From: a virus
Reading direction: 5' to 3' (one strand)
DNA length: 64,000 nt
Virus record (IMG/VR): IMGVR_UViG_3300034198_015569
Location: 24,428 to 88,427 of that record
Made by a program: the position numbers and the translations under genes. Of the stretch, positions 55,426 to 64,000 are shown piece after piece (positions within the stretch are counted from its first letter, which is position 1; every line of letters starts with the position of its first letter). The notes beneath the pieces were generated by a model. That model was not told where the DNA came from, did no database searches, and worked only from the letters and a program-made list of their open reading frames with translations.

Positions 55426-55995
55426 ATGACTGTGAATTATAAAGAAATGATTGAGAATGCGAACGCTCGGGCTTTTAATGTTCGTGATGATCTACAGGGA
55501 ATGGAGCTTGATTCTATTAAGCTTCATCAGCCTAAGCTCGGTTTCGCTGTGTGCCTTCTAAATTTGGCAGGTTCACTAAACATTGGAACTTGTGTTCGCT
55601 CTTCAGTTATTTTTGGAGCTAACCGGGTTTATATCGCTGGCCGTAAGCGTTATGATCGTCGCTCTACTGTAGGAGCTTATAATTACATTGATATTGTCTC
55701 ACTTCCTCATATGATTTCTGAAGAAGAAGTGGATGTTCGTGCAGTCATTGCTGATATTGTAAAGGACGGATATACACCTGTCCTATGCGAGACTGGTGGA
55801 GCTTCACTAGGTGAATTTAAATGGCCTCACAACCCTTGTGTGATCTTGGGTAGTGAAGGGGCAGGTATTCCGGCTGATATCGTGGCCGAATCTGAATATG
55901 TAGTTGGAATTGAAATGCCCGGAATTCTTCGTTCTTTGAACGTTTCTTCGGCGGCATCAATTGTTCTATATAATCTTGCAATGAGCTTGTCATGA
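55426..55995 (+). CDS. SpoU/TrmH-family RNA 2'-O-methyltransferase
   Basis: NIGTCVRS, ILGSEGAGIP, SLNVSSAASI. Confidence 0.88.
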   Translation: MTVNYKEMIENANARAFNVRDDLQGMELDSIKLHQPKLGFAVCLLNLAGSLNIGTCVRSSVIFGANRVYIAGRKRYDRRSTVGAYNYIDIVSLPHMISEEEVDVRAVIADIVKDGYTPVLCETGGASLGEFKWPHNPCVILGSEGAGIPADIVAESEYVVGIEMPGILRSLNVSSAASIVLYNLAMSLS

Positions 55996-56354
55996 GTCTT
56001 TTTCCACTAAAACAAAAGGAGTATTCGGCAGACTATATAAATGAGGTGATGGCGCATAAACCTTTTACTAAATATAAGAATTATTGCCTTTTTTCTGATA
56101 CTATTGGAATAAATCTTCGTTGCATTTTACTATTACCAAATAGAAGACTTTCTCAAGTATGGTTTATTGATGAAAATTATGGTCTTTGGTATAGATCGTG
56201 TAATACTAAATCTTATGAAGTGAACCATTGTTATTTGTTTGAGTATAAAGTTTATTTTAACAATGAAAGATGGATGCTTGAAGATAGGGTATTCGGAAAT
56301 ACTGGTAGAAGTCTGGATAATTGGGATTTAATATTAAAAATAGGAAAAAATTAA
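55992..56354 (+). CDS. hypothetical protein
   Basis: ATGA coupling. Confidence 0.5.
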   Translation: MSLFPLKQKEYSADYINEVMAHKPFTKYKNYCLFSDTIGINLRCILLLPNRRLSQVWFIDENYGLWYRSCNTKSYEVNHCYLFEYKVYFNNERWMLEDRVFGNTGRSLDNWDLILKIGKN

Positions 56355-56356
56355 AA

Positions 56357-57286
56357 ATGATGGATGAAAAAACAGGTTATTATAATAACGCTAAAGGTGG
56401 TACGGAATTAATGCGTGAACGTATTCTGTCGCATTTGGATACAACTGGTGTGCAGATTATTTGTTCTCGTCTTAGAGAACTTGAAGAAGGTAAAAAGAAA
56501 ATCTTTTGGGCACATGATTACTTCACCGACCCGGAAAACCAATTCCTTCAAGACCCTGAAATTGTTAAACAAATTGATAAGTTTGTGTTTGTATCGCATC
56601 AACAATTCACTACGTATAATGTGGCATTTGGAATTCCTTACAATAAATCGGTTGTGATCGAGAATTGCATTGATCCTATTGAAGGTGTAGAATCAAACCC
56701 CACTGATGAAATTAAACTTATCTATCACACCACTCCGCATCGTGGCCTTGAAATCCTTGTGCCAGTGTTTGAAAAGCTATGTGAAACTCATAAGAATATT
56801 ACATTGGATGTTTATTCGTCATTTAATATCTATGGTTGGGGCGAAAGAGACGCTGTATATGAACCAGTATTTGATCGTTGTCGCAATCATCCAAAGATTA
56901 ATTATCACGGTACAGTTTCAAATGCAGAAGTAAGAGAAGCCCTTAAAAAGGCTCACATTTTTGCTTTTCCTAGCATTTGGCCTGAAACCAGTTGTCTTGC
57001 TGCAATCGAGGCTATGAGTGCAGAATGTTTGGTGGTTTGTCCTGATTTGGCAGCACTCTCCGAAACGGTAGGAATGTATGGCTTGACATATCGCTTTGAT
57101 GAAGACCATAATAAGCATGCGAATAAATTTTATTATGCTTTAGATTATGCAATTCGTGGTGTTGAAAATAAACACGAGGATATTGAAGCTCGATTAAAGT
57201 TAGCAAAAAATCGTGTTAACATGAAATATAACACGGCACGATCTATTGTGCTATGGAACAATCTTTTAAATGAGTTAAAGAGTTAA
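56357..57286 (+). CDS. GT-B glycosyltransferase (group 1-like)
   Basis: GGTE, TPHRGL, FPSIWPETSCLAAIEAM. Confidence 0.85.
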   Translation: MMDEKTGYYNNAKGGTELMRERILSHLDTTGVQIICSRLRELEEGKKKIFWAHDYFTDPENQFLQDPEIVKQIDKFVFVSHQQFTTYNVAFGIPYNKSVVIENCIDPIEGVESNPTDEIKLIYHTTPHRGLEILVPVFEKLCETHKNITLDVYSSFNIYGWGERDAVYEPVFDRCRNHPKINYHGTVSNAEVREALKKAHIFAFPSIWPETSCLAAIEAMSAECLVVCPDLAALSETVGMYGLTYRFDEDHNKHANKFYYALDYAIRGVENKHEDIEARLKLAKNRVNMKYNTARSIVLWNNLLNELKS

Positions 57287-58431
57287 TGGCAAGAACAAAA
57301 AAACCTCGCCTGCGCACGCCAAAACATGCGGAGGCGGCAAAACGGGGAATCCTTCCCCTTGATGAAGAATACCAAAACACAACTATTACTGAAGATAAAA
57401 TTCGTGAAGTGTTTGATTTTTATGGATTTTGGTTTCCGAAAAATATTGATCGAATTAAATTTGTAAAAGATTTCGCTGAAAAAAATGGTCATGAAAATCT
57501 TGCAAAGAAAATTAAACAACTCCCAAATAGCAAGATTACCACCAGCACATGTTGGGTAGCACGTTTAAGACTTCGAAATGTTGAGCTACCCTTAAATATC
57601 ATGGCAAATTTTATGACCAACATTGAAGAGTTGGAAAAGTTAGCCAGTTTAATTAAAGACGAGGAACCCAAGGAAGAATCTTTATTTACAAAGAAATCCA
57701 AAGCTGAAGAGATGATGGATTATCTGTATGAAGATTTGTATGAGGTTGCCTTAAAAAATGCTGGTGCTGCAACTCCTTTGGATACGTGGTTTCTTGAAAA
57801 TCAATTAAATCAATCGCAAGCAAATGAATTATTGCGTCGTTGGACTATAGCTAAACAAAATGCTGAAGAAGATTATAATTATATTGTAAATGATTATAAA
57901 AGTCTCGGTAAAACCATTACTAAAGAAGAAAAGAATAGAGTGGTGCAAGCTACTATTGCATTTAAGAATATGCGAATTAGCTATGAGATTATTATTAAGA
58001 AATTAGAATTGGTTGTTGCTAATAATAAGGCAGTTCGCAAGCCTCGAAAGAAAAATCCGGCGGTTGAATTAAAGAAGCTCGATAAGGTTCAATATCAAGA
58101 ATTCGATCCTGAATTGAATATTAAGAGTATGCCAATTAGTAACGTTGTGGGCAAAACATATATTATTGCTTACAATGCTAAATATAGAGTACTTACACTA
58201 TTTAAATCAAATGATCCGAAAGGAATTTCATTTAAAGGACAAACGGGTATATTGGGAATAGATGAAGCGGCATCGAAATCAAAGAAATTACGAAAGCCTG
58301 CTGATGTTATTCCTAAGGTAATGACTGCTGGGAAACGAGAAATTGAAAATATTTTCAAGTCGCTTACAACAACAGAAACATCACCTAATGCAACTACAAA
58401 TAATTTTACTCTATTTTTGAGGGCATTTTAA
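57286..58431 (+). CDS. conserved T4-like phage hypothetical protein
   Basis: YNAKYR...S..KKLRKP C-terminal motif; position upstream of RNase H. Confidence 0.65.
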   Translation: MARTKKPRLRTPKHAEAAKRGILPLDEEYQNTTITEDKIREVFDFYGFWFPKNIDRIKFVKDFAEKNGHENLAKKIKQLPNSKITTSTCWVARLRLRNVELPLNIMANFMTNIEELEKLASLIKDEEPKEESLFTKKSKAEEMMDYLYEDLYEVALKNAGAATPLDTWFLENQLNQSQANELLRRWTIAKQNAEEDYNYIVNDYKSLGKTITKEEKNRVVQATIAFKNMRISYEIIIKKLELVVANNKAVRKPRKKNPAVELKKLDKVQYQEFDPELNIKSMPISNVVGKTYIIAYNAKYRVLTLFKSNDPKGISFKGQTGILGIDEAASKSKKLRKPADVIPKVMTAGKREIENIFKSLTTTETSPNATTNNFTLFLRAF

Positions 58432-58736
58432 TGGACGAAGCTTCAATCGCTGTAGAAAAGCATTTTGGATATATTAATGGCAAACACGTAATGCAAGTTG
58501 CTCTGGTTAAGAATAAACTACCTACTTTTGATGCCTCTTTAAAATATCTCAAAGAGGCCATTACTAAAGATTTGGAATATTTTGTTAGCGCTATACCAGA
58601 ATATAGTCATATGTCTACAGAGGTTGAAGTTTTTACTTTATCTCTAAATGAAGATTCACCAGAAATGGTGTATGTTTCCTTTGATCCTTTGTGGGATATC
58701 GCCTATATCACTACAACTCTATATAGACTCTTTTAA
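58431..58736 (+). CDS. hypothetical protein
   Basis: Coupled ORF. Confidence 0.5.
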   Translation: MDEASIAVEKHFGYINGKHVMQVALVKNKLPTFDASLKYLKEAITKDLEYFVSAIPEYSHMSTEVEVFTLSLNEDSPEMVYVSFDPLWDIAYITTTLYRLF

Positions 58737-58745
58737 GGAATTTAC

Positions 58746-59054
58746 ATGCAAGAAACAACTAATAAAGTATTACTATATCCATATTTAAAGAAAACAGGAA
58801 CTAAAGTTGATATGGATGACGTGAAGCAAGAAGAAGTTGAAGCTATTATAGATCACTATCTTTATCAATTCGTTCAACAATTGAAGAACCATGGATTTGA
58901 TTTAAATGGTTCATTTGCAACAGATTTTCATTTCGCTTCTGAATTTACTAAATCTGCCGTATTCAAAACTGTAGGCATTCATCATAAATTACAGGATGCC
59001 GTTGATGAAATGCTTGAAGAAGCACATTTTGAAAATATTGATGACGAGGATTGA
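58746..59054 (+). CDS. hypothetical protein
   Basis: AAGGA RBS. Confidence 0.55.
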   Translation: MQETTNKVLLYPYLKKTGTKVDMDDVKQEEVEAIIDHYLYQFVQQLKNHGFDLNGSFATDFHFASEFTKSAVFKTVGIHHKLQDAVDEMLEEAHFENIDDED

Positions 59055-59905
59055 TGATACTTTTAGATTATTCCAACATTGCTATGGCCGCTATGACTGC
59101 CGTCTGGCGCCCAAGTGATCCCATTGAACGAATGAATTTAAAGTACACAATCATAAATTCAATTCGTAACAATAACAAGAAATTTCGTAAAGAATATGGC
59201 GAATTGATTTTATGTTGTGACCATTCTTCGCCTTCTTGGAGAAGAGAAGCATTTCCTCAATATAAACAGAAACGTAGAGAAGGAAGAGAAAATTCTTCTT
59301 TTGATTGGAAAAAGTTTTTTTCAATTTTAGATGAAACTAAAGTTGACTTGAGAGAGATTTTCGGTTATAGAGTAATATCTGTCTCTGGTGCAGAAGCTGA
59401 TGATATAATTGCTGTGCTTTCTAGAAATGGCGCAAAGAATCTTATCATTGGAAACGATAAAGATTTTGTTCAGCTTTTGAATGAAGAAAACGTTCATATG
59501 TTTTCGCCACGTCAAAAAGCAATGGTAGCAATACCTGAAGATGCTAGATGGCATACACGATATCAGGTTTTGACAGGTGATAAGGATGACGGTGTGCCTA
59601 ATGTGTTGTCTGATGATGATTGCCTCGTGGCGGCTGGCAAAAGACAAAAGGCACTCTCACAAAAGAAGATACTAGAACTTATAAATTATAATTGGGACAC
59701 GGCAGATATGCCAGATGAATTAAGAAGAAACATTAAACGTAATGAGATGCTTATTGATTTATCCAAAATACCGCAAACCATTGAAGACTCAATCTTGGCT
59801 GAATCCAACTCCCAAGAAAGAATTATCGATGCTTCAAAAATTACAAACTATCTTATCGAGAATAAATATCAATCTCTTTACGAAAAAATCGGGGATTTCA
59901 AATAA
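59051..59905 (+). CDS. rnh: T4-like RNase H (5'-3' exonuclease/FEN)
   Basis: WRR..FP.YK..R, EADD, DKDFVQL, GDKDDGVPN. Confidence 0.9.
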   Translation: MMILLDYSNIAMAAMTAVWRPSDPIERMNLKYTIINSIRNNNKKFRKEYGELILCCDHSSPSWRREAFPQYKQKRREGRENSSFDWKKFFSILDETKVDLREIFGYRVISVSGAEADDIIAVLSRNGAKNLIIGNDKDFVQLLNEENVHMFSPRQKAMVAIPEDARWHTRYQVLTGDKDDGVPNVLSDDDCLVAAGKRQKALSQKKILELINYNWDTADMPDELRRNIKRNEMLIDLSKIPQTIEDSILAESNSQERIIDASKITNYLIENKYQSLYEKIGDFK

Positions 59906-59909
59906 ACCT

Positions 59910-60377
59910 ATGGCTACAATGAACGATACTAAAACAATTTATAAAATTTTAAAACAGGTGGACGAACAGCCTAACGAAAAAGAAAGAGTTAGAAAACTAC
60001 AAGCGCTCTCTTGCAAAGGTGTAAAAACTGTTTTAGACTTAATCTATAATCCTAACATTAAGTGGTTGCTACCAGAAGGCGAGCCTCCATATAAACCAAC
60101 AGAGGATGCTGAAGCATCAACAACAATTAGATTGCAACAAGAACTTCGCAAATTATATATATTTGTCAATGTTGGAACGTATAGCAATCTAAAGGATAAT
60201 AAACGACAACAGATTTTTATTGATTTATTGCAGTATATTCATCCTGATGATGCTAAACTTCTTGTTGCAATTAAAGATAAGAAGCTCCCGTTTCCACATG
60301 TAACTAAAAAAGTCGCAGCAGCAGCGTTTCCTATCCTAGCTAAAAATTGGACAGAACCTAAAGAGGAGAAAAAGTAA
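59910..60377 (+). CDS. conserved T4-like phage protein
   Basis: WLLPEGEPPY...RKLYIF...HPDDAKLL. Confidence 0.7.
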   Translation: MATMNDTKTIYKILKQVDEQPNEKERVRKLQALSCKGVKTVLDLIYNPNIKWLLPEGEPPYKPTEDAEASTTIRLQQELRKLYIFVNVGTYSNLKDNKRQQIFIDLLQYIHPDDAKLLVAIKDKKLPFPHVTKKVAAAAFPILAKNWTEPKEEKK

Positions 60378-60537
60378 GTGTCTAAATCTTTTAAGCGTGA
60401 GCGAAATTTTTGGAATGATGATGACTATCATCAGGATTCCAAAAATTCAAAACAGCGTAAAAAAGAAGAAAAAGATCGCCGTAAGCGTAAAATGAATACG
60501 AGAACGGTTGATGATACAGTGGAGAATTATAACGAAG

Positions 60538-61080
60538 ATGAGTAAAACGTGTAGTATAATTGGAAATGGTCCGTCCAGACAATGGATTAATTTAAATAAT
60601 ATTCCTAGACCAACGTTTGGATGTAATGCTATTCATAGAACGTTTGTGCCAGATTATCTAGTAGCTATTGATCCTCTACCGACATATGAAATTTTATCAT
60701 CTTCGCATTATAAGAAATTCTTACCTACGATTTTTAATGATCAATTTGAGGATGCAGATTATATTAAAACGCATCCAAATCGTTGTCGTAATAATGCTGG
60801 AATGGTTGCTATGCAAAAAGCAATTGATATGGGATTTGAAACCCTTCAATGTTATGGGTTGGATTTTATTATAGATGATGTTGAGATGAATATGGGAAAT
60901 ATATTCTATAATACTTTTGGATATGATGGCGCTACGTCAGCTTCTTATGAAGATATTTTAGCTCGGGTGGAATATTTTACGTGGTTTGCGAATAAACATA
61001 ATAATATTTCATTTAAGTTTTATGTGCCGACTGAATTTAAAATGAGAAATATTGTAGCTTCTAATGTTCAACAACTATGA
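60538..61080 (+). CDS. conserved phage protein (glycosyltransferase-like Rossmann motif)
   Basis: IIGNGPSR...GCNA..R...PDYLVAID...G.D. Confidence 0.55.
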   Translation: MSKTCSIIGNGPSRQWINLNNIPRPTFGCNAIHRTFVPDYLVAIDPLPTYEILSSSHYKKFLPTIFNDQFEDADYIKTHPNRCRNNAGMVAMQKAIDMGFETLQCYGLDFIIDDVEMNMGNIFYNTFGYDGATSASYEDILARVEYFTWFANKHNNISFKFYVPTEFKMRNIVASNVQQL

Positions 61081-61679
61081 TAAATGTTGAACAATTTATT
61101 CATTTTAATTACTTATCATTACAATATGATCAAAATATCGTTTGTCCCCCAACATTACAAACGAAAAATATTACATTAAGTGAAGTAAAGATAAAAAAGA
61201 AGTATAAGTACTTTGCTTTTGATATCCAAAACTTAAATACACTTTTATGTTTTTCTGATCTAGAAACTGTAAAGTTTTGTAATATACCAAATGAGAGTTA
61301 TTTAGTGTCTCATCGAAATTTTGATTGGTGGACACCTACAGATGATTTTATTGATTTTGACAGGAAAACTTTTGAAGAAATATCATCACAGACCGGGACA
61401 CATAATGTGTTGTTTCCAGTAGCTCTTAAGTACGAAGGACTTGCTCGCGGAAGTGATAGTGATCATTCTTTTTCCTCCAGACATATGTTTAAAATAAAAA
61501 CAAAAATTGATTTAGATTCTATTAAAAAAGAATTAAACCGTAACTTTGAATTTTCAAAAAATAGATGTTATTTTGTTATGATTGATAAAGAATATAATAT
61601 TAAAAAAGTATGTTATGATATTAATACCAAGAATGAATTTCTGTCAAATCCTCTTGGCGTTTTCCAATTACATAAATAA
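61077..61679 (+). CDS. hypothetical protein
   Basis: Coupled ORF. Confidence 0.5.
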   Translation: MINVEQFIHFNYLSLQYDQNIVCPPTLQTKNITLSEVKIKKKYKYFAFDIQNLNTLLCFSDLETVKFCNIPNESYLVSHRNFDWWTPTDDFIDFDRKTFEEISSQTGTHNVLFPVALKYEGLARGSDSDHSFSSRHMFKIKTKIDLDSIKKELNRNFEFSKNRCYFVMIDKEYNIKKVCYDINTKNEFLSNPLGVFQLHK

Positions 61680-61712
61680 TTAAATAATCCCTTACATTTA
61701 AAGAGGTGCAAT

Positions 61713-61961
61713 ATTCCAAATTATACTTTTAAAAATATAAAAACTGGAGAAATCTGGACAGCCACTATGAAAAATTCTGAACGTGAAGAATTTCTGTCCC
61801 AAAATCCAGATGTAGAACAACAACTTTCTAGTTTTAGTATTGGAGACCCTGTTAGATTAGGACTAAAAAAAACTGAAGGCGGTTTTAGAGATGTCCTCAA
61901 ACAAATTAAAAAACAAAATAGAGGATCGACTATAGATTCAGGCAATTTAGGACAAATTTAA
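61713..61961 (+). CDS. FmdB-like small protein upstream of phoH (probable ATT start)
   Basis: GAGGT RBS then ATT-PNYTFKNIKTGE in frame with 61767 ORF. Confidence 0.55.
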   Translation: MPNYTFKNIKTGEIWTATMKNSEREEFLSQNPDVEQQLSSFSIGDPVRLGLKKTEGGFRDVLKQIKKQNRGSTIDSGNLGQI

Positions 61962-62041
61962 ACTTAAATACGTTTTTATATAAAATGTTTGTGTGATAGT
62001 ACCGCTAATTTGGCAGCGATTTCTAACACTAGGAGTATAGA

Positions 62042-62836
62042 GTGTTCGTAGAACAACAAATAACATATATGGATACAGAACAAAGACAATACCAAAACAC
62101 ACGTAAACGCTCAACTAAAAAAGAAAGTAGAAGAAAGCAGAATAACGCAGTTAATGATACTACAAGTTCTCAAAATTTTAATATAAAACTTGAAGCTGTA
62201 TATCCAAAGACTGAAAATCAGAAAAGAGTATTTAAGGAATATGATAAAGGAAATCATATTTTACAACATGGTTCGGCTGGTTGTGGTAAGACATTTTTAA
62301 GTCTTTATCTATCATTCCAAGATATTTTATCAAAGGATTCCCAACATTCTAAAGTGATTATTGTTCGCTCCATTGTGCCTTCTCGTGAGCCGGGCCATTT
62401 GCCTGGAGATATGAAACAAAAGGCGGCTGTATATGAAGCTCCTTATTATGGTATCTGTTCTGAATTATTTGGTAGAGGAGATGCATATGACCTTTTGAAA
62501 AGAAAAGGCTTGATTGAATTTACAACTACTTCATTCTTGAGAGGAACCACGTATCGCGATTGTATTCTAATCGTGGATGAATTTCAAAATCTTGCTTCTC
62601 ATGAAATGAACACTCTAATGACTCGTGTAGGCGAAAACTGCCGTGTTATTATTTGTGGAGATTATAAACAAACTGATTTTACTAAAGATGTTGATAAAAA
62701 ATCTGCACATGATTTAATCCGAATTGTGAAAAGAATGCCACAATTTTCAACCATTGAATTTACTAGAGATGATATTGTAAGATCAGCTTTTGTAAAGAAT
62801 TTTATTATAGCGAAAGAAGAATTGAATATTGTTTAA
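62042..62836 (+). CDS. phoH: PhoH-family ATPase
   Basis: PKTENQ, GSAGCGKTF, GHLPG, FLRGTT, VDEFQN, TRVG, GD..Q.D, DIVRS. Confidence 0.92.
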   Translation: MFVEQQITYMDTEQRQYQNTRKRSTKKESRRKQNNAVNDTTSSQNFNIKLEAVYPKTENQKRVFKEYDKGNHILQHGSAGCGKTFLSLYLSFQDILSKDSQHSKVIIVRSIVPSREPGHLPGDMKQKAAVYEAPYYGICSELFGRGDAYDLLKRKGLIEFTTTSFLRGTTYRDCILIVDEFQNLASHEMNTLMTRVGENCRVIICGDYKQTDFTKDVDKKSAHDLIRIVKRMPQFSTIEFTRDDIVRSAFVKNFIIAKEELNIV

Positions 62837-63467
62837 TTATCCAAACCTTAAAGCGCATAACACTGATAATGGTAGATTTTATGAAGCTCCTAACGGTGAA
62901 CTTTATCCTTCCGTTACAACAGTATTAGGTGAGTATTATAAGGATTATTATGATGCACTGGCTAAAAAGATTGGTCGGGCAAAATGGGAAAAGCTGAAGA
63001 GACTCGGTGCTGATCGTGGAACAAAAGTCCACGATCTAGCCGAAAGTTACCTAAAAGGAGAAGCTGATTTCTCTTTGGTAAATCCTGGCATTATGAATTT
63101 TTTTGTTCCAATCAAGAATTTCCTTGACGCTAATGTCGATGAAGTATTAGCGATGGAGCAAACGGTTTATTCTAACGCATTGCGTATGGCCGGTAGATTT
63201 GATTTATTGGCTCGTTTAAAAAATGGAACATTATGTTATATTGACTTTAAAACATCAACCCATCACAAAGAAAGAAAAGATATTGATAGTTACTACTTTC
63301 AGTGCACAGCATATTGCACAGCATTGAGAGAATTATTTGGATTAAAAGTAGATCAATTCTGTATTGTTATTACAGAAGAAGGTTCAAGTGTAGCTAATAC
63401 ATTTTATGGCGATCCAAATCAATATATCGCTGGCCTTGTGAAATTACGCAGGAGCGTTAACTTATGA
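62829..63467 (+). CDS. Cas4/PD-(D/E)xK-like exonuclease
   Basis: YPSVTTVL, RGTKVH..E, AGRFD...IDFKTS...Q..AY. Confidence 0.85.
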   Translation: MFNYPNLKAHNTDNGRFYEAPNGELYPSVTTVLGEYYKDYYDALAKKIGRAKWEKLKRLGADRGTKVHDLAESYLKGEADFSLVNPGIMNFFVPIKNFLDANVDEVLAMEQTVYSNALRMAGRFDLLARLKNGTLCYIDFKTSTHHKERKDIDSYYFQCTAYCTALRELFGLKVDQFCIVITEEGSSVANTFYGDPNQYIAGLVKLRRSVNL

Positions 63468-63829
63468 AACTTTTAACTAAATTTCCTTTATTGGTAGTAA
63501 TATTCTTCACAACTTTTTTTTATTCTAATATTCTTTTAAGTGCGCAAGAATTGCCTATTGCGCCTAAACAAGAAACACAAACTCCCAAATTAAAGTGTGC
63601 TCCTTGGGAAGTTATTAAAAAAGCATTAACAGAAAATGAATTTGACGTTATTTCGATGGGAACTTTGGATACAGATACGATTACGTTTACCGTAATTAAT
63701 CCAAAGAATGTATTCATTACATTTATTCTTAATACACAAAAATCGTTAGCATGTGTTATTTTGGAAGGTAGTAACTATCAATACATAAATCCAAATTCCA
63801 TTGCTAAACCCGAAGAAAAGGAATCTTGA
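63464..63829 (+). CDS. secreted/membrane hypothetical protein
   Basis: Signal-peptide-like N terminus. Confidence 0.55.
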   Translation: MKLLTKFPLLVVIFFTTFFYSNILLSAQELPIAPKQETQTPKLKCAPWEVIKKALTENEFDVISMGTLDTDTITFTVINPKNVFITFILNTQKSLACVILEGSNYQYINPNSIAKPEEKES

Positions 63830-64000
63830 AAAATGAAGAATTCTTTTTATGGTTGGATTTTATTAAATTTCCCTATATTTTCTATAGTGATATTTGGATT
63901 GGTAACAGGATTAATATTTCCATTATTCAATGATGTAACATATATTACTCATGTAATAGCATTAACATTTTTTATAGGACTAATACAATCTGGTTATATA

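Noticed and set aside
1-64000. Genome-wide TAG reassignment
   Set aside because: Long genes are intact under the standard code and coding density is high; in-frame TAGs were seen only at a few loci.

Overview
64 kb of an AT-rich, T4-like (myovirus-type) large phage genome, almost entirely + strand. An alphaproteobacterial host is inferred from host-like synthetase fragments. The window is the tRNA/accessory region followed by the start of a conserved T4-like block (RNase H, PhoH, Cas4-like exonuclease). It holds about 28 tRNA or tRNA-like genes, five homing-endonuclease-like ORFs abutting tRNAs, and an RNA-repair toolkit (HD-Pnk, Pnk kinase, Rnl1, DRB0094-type ligase, cyclic-phosphate receiver domain, Ro60/TROVE). 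It also has NAD salvage (NadM-Nudix plus NAMPT), ClpB, GroES, spanins, RlpA and a GH108 endolysin. Two things stand out. (1) Seven Y-RNA-like cassettes around the Ro60/TROVE gene share a closing stem plus UUUCAGCA, and each displays a different tRNA piece: anticodon hairpins, an acceptor-stem mimic, YrlA-type T/acceptor/D modules, and a complete circularly permuted tRNA-Arg. (2) An amber (CUA) tRNA is followed directly by a micro-ORF with two in-frame TAGs ending in RGPP; there is also a second CUA-register tRNA and an intact-looking gene with TAG at codon 3. All calls were made by eye from motifs; no database searches or folding programs were run.
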